From Coprobacillaceae bacterium (GTDB lineage: Bacteria; Bacillota_I; Bacilli_A; Erysipelotrichales; Coprobacillaceae): a stretch of DNA of 32,000 bases. A program made the translations under genes and the position numbers. Positions 27,638 through 32,000 of this stretch are shown in pieces. The notes below the pieces were generated by a model. It did not search any database and was not told where the DNA came from. It saw only the letters and a program-made list of their open reading frames with translations. Where the stretch lies: assembly GCA_963675915.1 (NCBI GenBank), contig OY780959.1, positions 540,001 through 572,000 of the forward strand, given 5' to 3'. Each line of letters starts with the position of its first letter. The stretch's first letter is position 1.

Positions 27638-27784
27638 AAAGGCGATTATTTTCTTTTTCCTCTAAAACATCATTTCAAATAAACTGAATATTCCATTCGA
27701 TTAATTTGAAGAGCATCAAAAAAGGGCCAAAAGAAGGTCCATATAATTTGAAGAATCATCCATCAAATAAATTGACTAGCTACA

Positions 27785-27790
27785 GAGAGG
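27785..27790. repeat. right copy of 6-bp target-site duplication GAGAGG (doubles as parA RBS)
   Basis: It directly follows the ...GCTACA transposon end and lies 8 nt upstream of parA ATG 27799. Confidence 0.8.
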
Positions 27791-27798
27791 CAACGAAA

Positions 27799-28569
27799 AT
27801 GAAAGTCATAAATATTATTAACGCTAAGGGAGGAGTCGGAAAAACGACCACAGCTCTTAATCTTGCAGTGGGTCTTGCCGATATGGGCAATAAGGTATTG
27901 GTAATTGATGCGGATCCTCAGGGCAATGCGACAGTATCGATCAATTTTGAAAATAACGGTCTGGATCTTGATATCAACAACGTTCTACAAAATACCAATG
28001 ATATCTCCGAATGCATCTACAAGTCGGAATTTGAAAATCTTGATATTATTCCATCATTCAATATGGAATTGATTTTGACAGACAAGATTATCTTCACATC
28101 AGTCAACCGCGAGTCAAAGCTATCAAAACAATTGAGGAAAATCCGAAAGTCATATGAATATGTGATTATCGATAATGCACCTACATTCAACACGATTACG
28201 ACAAACACATTAAACTGCAGCGAAGATGTGATTATCCCCATGACCGATACTCATCTCTCAGAATGCGGGAAGCAAATGACGTTGATGCAGCTGGAAGAAC
28301 TAGGAAGTTCTGATTGTCTGGACCGGAAGTTCAACATCAAGATACTCTTTACAATGATTCATCGTGGCAATAGACCCAAAACGTTGGATTTTATTGAACA
28401 GACCAAGGAAGTGAATAACGTATATCAGACAACCATCGGTTACCAGGATGGAGTCATCAAAGATTTTGAATTAAGTAAGAAGGTAGTCATCAGAACCACA
28501 AACAAAAAGAAAAAAGTAGGCTTCGATTACCAGGACTTTGTACGGGAATTTGTCGACACAGTTGACTAG
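27799..28569 (+). CDS. parA: ParA/Soj-family partition ATPase
   Basis: MKVINIINAKGGVGKTTTALNLA deviant Walker A, then VLVIDADPQGN. The listed ORF start 27706 lies inside the transposon end and is rejected. Confidence 0.9.
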   Translation: MKVINIINAKGGVGKTTTALNLAVGLADMGNKVLVIDADPQGNATVSINFENNGLDLDINNVLQNTNDISECIYKSEFENLDIIPSFNMELILTDKIIFTSVNRESKLSKQLRKIRKSYEYVIIDNAPTFNTITTNTLNCSEDVIIPMTDTHLSECGKQMTLMQLEELGSSDCLDRKFNIKILFTMIHRGNRPKTLDFIEQTKEVNNVYQTTIGYQDGVIKDFELSKKVVIRTTNKKKKVGFDYQDFVREFVDTVD

Positions 28570-28631
28570 GGCAAAATTGCCACATGGTTACATTTACGAA
28601 CTTATGGGCAAGGGTGGCAATTTTTCCACCC
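28569..28631. repeat. candidate centromere (parS-like) module 1
   Basis: GGGCAAAATTGCCACATGGTTACA ... GGGTGGCAATTTTTCCACCC. Both boxes are palindromic around GGCA/TGCC. Confidence 0.55.
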
Positions 28632-28670
28632 TTGATTATTTGATAGACAATACAAGGAGAAAAAAAGAAA

Positions 28671-29450
28671 ATGTTAAGCAATTTTATAGATCAAAGGGAT
28701 AAGTTGATCAAGTCGTCAAAGATAAAGAAAGTCGATATCGAGGACATCGTCAAAAACCCAAATAATGAATTTTCAATCAATGACCTGGATGAATTGAAGG
28801 AATCAATTAGATTATACGGATTGAAGAATAACATCACCGTATACGATGAAGATGAAAACGGTGAATACATGATCCAGTCTGGTCATCGCAGATTTGAATG
28901 TGTCAAGGCTCTTCATGACGAAGGATTGATTAGCGATGAAATACCGGTATACGTAATTCCGCCAGAGCAGGATACCATTCAATCGAAACTGGATTTAGTT
29001 CTGGCTAATGCGCAACGGAATTTATCTGAAGATGATAAAACCAACCTGGTAGGATCTTTGCTCAATATCTGGAGTGAAATGTCTGATGACATGCGTCCCA
29101 AAGGAAAGAAAAGAGACTGGATTGCCGGATTCATGGGATGTTCCGGGCGAACAGCACAAGTCTACATCAATTCATTCGAACAGGATGAAAACGGAGTGTA
29201 TGAAACCGTGGAGGAAAAAACCAATGACGATAGTATTTCAGAAGATAAAGACACTTATGATTACGCTAGACTATCCAAGGATATCAGTATTATCAAAAAC
29301 AAATTGAAAAAGGTACTAAAAAATTGTGATGAGAATAGTCTTAGCGAAATCGTGGTATCAGACCATAACGGCAAGACTGCTGATATAGGCAGTGTCCTTG
29401 AAAATCAATTGGTTCGTTTTGAGGCGATTGTAGAGATGATGAGCGACTAG
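28671..29450 (+). CDS. parB: ParB-like partition protein (ParB/Srx N-terminal domain)
   Basis: KKVDIEDIVKNPNN...LKESIRLYGLKNNITVY...IQSGHRRFECV is the ParB box region. It follows parA. Confidence 0.8.
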   Translation: MLSNFIDQRDKLIKSSKIKKVDIEDIVKNPNNEFSINDLDELKESIRLYGLKNNITVYDEDENGEYMIQSGHRRFECVKALHDEGLISDEIPVYVIPPEQDTIQSKLDLVLANAQRNLSEDDKTNLVGSLLNIWSEMSDDMRPKGKKRDWIAGFMGCSGRTAQVYINSFEQDENGVYETVEEKTNDDSISEDKDTYDYARLSKDISIIKNKLKKVLKNCDENSLSEIVVSDHNGKTADIGSVLENQLVRFEAIVEMMSD

Positions 29451-29457
29451 AATGGCC

Positions 29458-29522
29458 CGTGGGCAAAATTTCCACATGGTAACAATATTTGGTTTTTGTG
29501 TATGGGTGGCAGTTTTGCCACC
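29458..29522. repeat. candidate centromere (parS-like) module 2
   Basis: GTGGGCAAAATTTCCACATGGTAACA ... GGGTGGCAgtttTGCCACCC (a perfect 8-4-8 palindrome), with the same order and spacing as module 1. Confidence 0.55.
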
Positions 29523-29585
29523 CTAGATTAATCAGTAGAAAATAATGTTATTCTTAAATAAAAAACTGGGAAAGGAAGCAAAATT

Positions 29586-30458
29586 ATGAAAAATACGAAA
29601 ATCGGCTTGCTGATGATTGCAGGTGTTATTTTGATTGGTATCGGATCATACTCGTATTTTGGGAACTCTAAAGATTTGATTGTCTTAAAAGATGATGAGA
29701 AAATTATAACTTTTGAACTGGGCAATGAAATTTCGACTAATCTGATGGATTATCTGGATGTGACCCATCTCAGTACCGAACAACTGGCGGACATCCAAGA
29801 ATTTGCATTGGTGACAGTTCATCCGAATCAAGATAATGAATCAGGATATCAGCCGGTAGGCAAATATTTGATTGAAATTGATTATAAAGACGATGAAGAA
29901 ACAGTCGATGTCGAAGTAGTGGATACTACGGAGCCGTTGATAGTTGGCGATGACAAGCTCACCATTGAGCATGGTTGTAATCTTGAAACGTATGATTTTG
30001 ATGCTCATTACACTGCAACTGATTATTCAAAAGTTTCTTGGAACTACGATTACAGTGCTATTGATACAGACAAAGCTGGAGATTATCAAATGACAGTAAA
30101 AGCATCAGACGAGTATGACAACAGCAGCTCCAAGAGAGTCAAGGTTGTGGTTGAAACGCAAGCAGAAGAAATAAATGAAGCAGTTTCGGTAACAAAAGCG
30201 ATAACTGATAACAGTCAATCTAGTACTGACACAAATACATCAAAAGAAAGGGCAACCACTGAACCGGAATCGCCTTCGCCCAATGAGCTCCAAAATGATC
30301 AGGAGAGCAGTGATGAGCGTTCCCAAAGAAAAGACAGCGTAGAAACAAATGATTCATCAGAAATTGAATTGAAGAAAACTGACGAGGGCGATCTTGATAT
30401 CGGTGGATATTGGGAATCGTTTGACATTGTCGGTGGCTGGCCGGATGAATGGGAGTAA
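29586..30458 (+). CDS. membrane-anchored surface protein with Ig-like (DUF5011-type) domain and acidic Ser/Glu-rich tail
   Basis: N-terminal TM IGLLMIAGVILIGIG. TEPLIVGDD...TATDYS...DTDKAGDYQMTVKASDEYDN...VKVVV fits bacterial Ig-like domains. Confidence 0.6.
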   Translation: MKNTKIGLLMIAGVILIGIGSYSYFGNSKDLIVLKDDEKIITFELGNEISTNLMDYLDVTHLSTEQLADIQEFALVTVHPNQDNESGYQPVGKYLIEIDYKDDEETVDVEVVDTTEPLIVGDDKLTIEHGCNLETYDFDAHYTATDYSKVSWNYDYSAIDTDKAGDYQMTVKASDEYDNSSSKRVKVVVETQAEEINEAVSVTKAITDNSQSSTDTNTSKERATTEPESPSPNELQNDQESSDERSQRKDSVETNDSSEIELKKTDEGDLDIGGYWESFDIVGGWPDEWE

Positions 30459-30471
30459 TTGAATATACAGG

Positions 30472-30498
30472 AAAAAAGGACTTCAGAGTCCTTTTTTT
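30472..30498 (+). terminator. rho-independent terminator
   Basis: AGGACTtcagAGTCCT followed by TTTTTTT. Confidence 0.75.
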
Positions 30499-30513
30499 AT
30501 TTGGAGGAAATGA

Positions 30514-32000
30514 ATGAAATTAAAAGGGATTATAAACAAATTATTATTGATATTCAGCTTGGTTGTAACCATGATTGGTATAAATACGACCAAAGTTGAT
30601 GCAGCTGACTATATTACCTATAACGGAAAAGTCACAGCAACATATTCGACGGTGGGTGATTTTACAGTAGGAGGACAGCAAGCTTTTTGCATCGAACACG
30701 AAAATACAACTCCGACTACCGGGACAGCAATTTCGCAAACCGGTCCTTATAACAATGAGATGTTTGAAAAGGCTTTGTATTACGGTTGGGCTGGACCGAA
30801 ACAGTGGAGTGGATTTACTTCGCGTTCAGCCGGAATTGTGGCAACGTCACTGGTGCTTTCACATATCTACAACGGTACATCGATTAAAACTGATGCCAAA
30901 GCGTTTTGGAATTATCTTCAAAGTGTCCCGGATATTCCGGACTCGAAACTGAGTCTGTCAAAAAGTAATTTGACGACCTATATATCCAACGGTGTACAAA
31001 GGACACAAAGTACCAAACTATCGGCAATCGGAGAGACCGGTGCAGCCGGAAGTCTTACCCTGTCATTGCCAACTGGAATCAAATTGGTCAATGAGTCTAC
31101 AGGTAAAACATATACGGGCAGTGCTACTATAAGTAATGGTCAGACATTCTATCTAACGGCATCGATTGGTTACGATGGCAACTTTGACAGCGGTAATGTC
31201 TCGGGTAACAATATTTACAAGTTCCAGCCAATTATCTTTAAAACAGCTTCCACCAGTCTTCAGGATCTGAGCGCGGGAAGATTGATTATCGATCCGAATC
31301 CGACTGTCAGACTGACAGCTGATTTTGAAGCAACTTTGGGCGATATCAGTCTGACAAAGACACTGAACCGCAGTGACAGCGCCAAAGCTACTGTGGCCGG
31401 TGCAACTTATGGTCTTTATGCAAGAACTGATATCTTAAATGGTGTAGGCGCGGTAGCATACAAGACGGGAGCATTGATAGGATACAAGACAACAGACGAC
31501 CAGGGTAAACTCAATTTCTCTAATCTTTTTGTCGGAAACTACTATATCAAGGAGATAGGTGCTCCGGCCTACACGATGCTGGATAGTACCCAGTACAACG
31601 TGTCGCTATCGGCGACCGGGAGCATGTCAGCCAATGTCACTACGCAAAATGATATCCAGACTAGAGATATCTCTTTTGCGAAAAAAGATGACGGTGGCCA
31701 TATGATATCTGGCGCGACAATGGAACTTCGTGATAATTCCGGAAAACTGATTGATCAGTGGATATCCACGAATTCGTTGCATGTTGTAAAGAATCTTCCG
31801 GTTGGAAATGCATATACTTTAAAGGAAACTGCAACGCCTTATGGGTATCTAAGAGCTGGTGATATTTCATTTGTAGTTGGAGACAGCAGTCAGACTATTA
31901 CAATGGTCGACAAGCAGCCAACTGGGATTATCAATTTATCCAAATCTCTGGATAGAAATGATAGTGCGGGTGCCAGCGTAGCCGGTGCTCAGTATTCACT
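30514..32000 (+). CDS. thioester-domain (TED) surface adhesin with SpaA/Cna-B-type repeats, 3' end beyond window
   Basis: It is not in the ORF track because there is no stop in the window. I translated frame 1 from ATG 30514 (after GGAGGAAA) to base 32000 without a stop. Signal peptide MKLKGIINKLLLIFSLVVTMIGINTTKVDA, thioester motif AFCIEH, and repeated G-x-Y-x-L/I-K-E segments (GNYYIKEIGAP, GNAYTLKETATPYGY) typical of Cna-B/SpaA folds. Confidence 0.75.
   Translation, partial: MKLKGIINKLLLIFSLVVTMIGINTTKVDAADYITYNGKVTATYSTVGDFTVGGQQAFCIEHENTTPTTGTAISQTGPYNNEMFEKALYYGWAGPKQWSGFTSRSAGIVATSLVLSHIYNGTSIKTDAKAFWNYLQSVPDIPDSKLSLSKSNLTTYISNGVQRTQSTKLSAIGETGAAGSLTLSLPTGIKLVNESTGKTYTGSATISNGQTFYLTASIGYDGNFDSGNVSGNNIYKFQPIIFKTASTSLQDLSAGRLIIDPNPTVRLTADFEATLGDISLTKTLNRSDSAKATVAGATYGLYARTDILNGVGAVAYKTGALIGYKTTDDQGKLNFSNLFVGNYYIKEIGAPAYTMLDSTQYNVSLSATGSMSANVTTQNDIQTRDISFAKKDDGGHMISGATMELRDNSGKLIDQWISTNSLHVVKNLPVGNAYTLKETATPYGYLRAGDISFVVGDSSQTITMVDKQPTGIINLSKSLDRNDSAGASVAGAQYS

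Larger units (their letters stand above)
24470..27784 (+). mobile_element. Tn552/Mu-like (TnsB/TniA plus TniB-type ATPase) four-gene transposon
   Basis: Terminal inverted repeats TGTCGCTAGCCAGTTTAT (left) versus TGTAGCTAGTCAATTTAT (reverse complement of the right end) match at 15 of 18 positions. It has a TG...CA tip, a flanking GAGAGG duplication and sub-terminal repeats in inverted orientation. Confidence 0.82.

Noticed and set aside
27706-27798. Upstream part of ORF 27706..28569 (31 extra codons on ParA)
   Set aside because: It reads through the transposon right-end repeats and the terminal inverted repeat. ParA homologs start at the MKVI..AKGGVGKTT segment, which here has its own RBS.
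27773-27801. TTGACT at the transposon right tip as an outward promoter for parA
   Set aside because: The only -10-like hexamer at the right spacing (GAAAAT) overlaps the parA start codon, so such a transcript would lack the RBS and the ATG.
30544-31870. ORFs 30544..30738 (-), 30755..30952 (+) and 31661..31870 (-)
   Set aside because: They lie inside the long open frame of the thioester adhesin, which has a signal peptide, an RBS and domain motifs.

Overview
Low-GC, Firmicutes-style sequence with strong Shine-Dalgarno sites and hairpin plus T-run terminators. It falls into three blocks. (1) Bases 1-10.8 kb hold ordinary metabolic and regulatory genes: a radical SAM fragment, a GH1 6-phospho-beta-glucosidase, a MalY/PatB-type C-S lyase, an XRE regulator, a PadR operon, a GNAT, an AraC/GyrI-like regulator and small membrane proteins. 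This block ends in a short decay zone. (2) Bases 10.9-20.3 kb are an insertion-sequence junkyard. They hold two diverged copies of one IS3-family element (one intact with an A-AAA-AAG frameshift site, one with a broken orfB), a 57-bp solo right end of the same IS, and an IS6-like element with a long zinc-finger transposase. Small cargo pairs sit between them: a membrane protein with a winged-helix regulator, and a secreted amidase with a polytopic membrane protein. An unexplained ~340-bp repeated module occurs twice here, and one copy is split by the IS. (3) Bases 20.4-32 kb look like a plasmid or ICE backbone: abiEi/abiEii, a possible MobQ-like protein behind a perfect inverted repeat, a DUF3991/Toprim protein, parA-parB with repeated palindromic boxes, an Ig-like surface protein and a thioester-domain adhesin that runs off the window. 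The best-supported finding is a 3.3-kb four-gene Tn552/Mu-like transposon (zinc-ribbon protein, DDE transposase, AAA+ ATPase, 102-aa protein). It has TGT-initiated terminal inverted repeats and a 6-bp GAGAGG target duplication, and it sits exactly in the parA ribosome-binding site. I saw no CRISPR array, tRNA or rRNA. All homology calls come from motif recognition by eye, not from searches.
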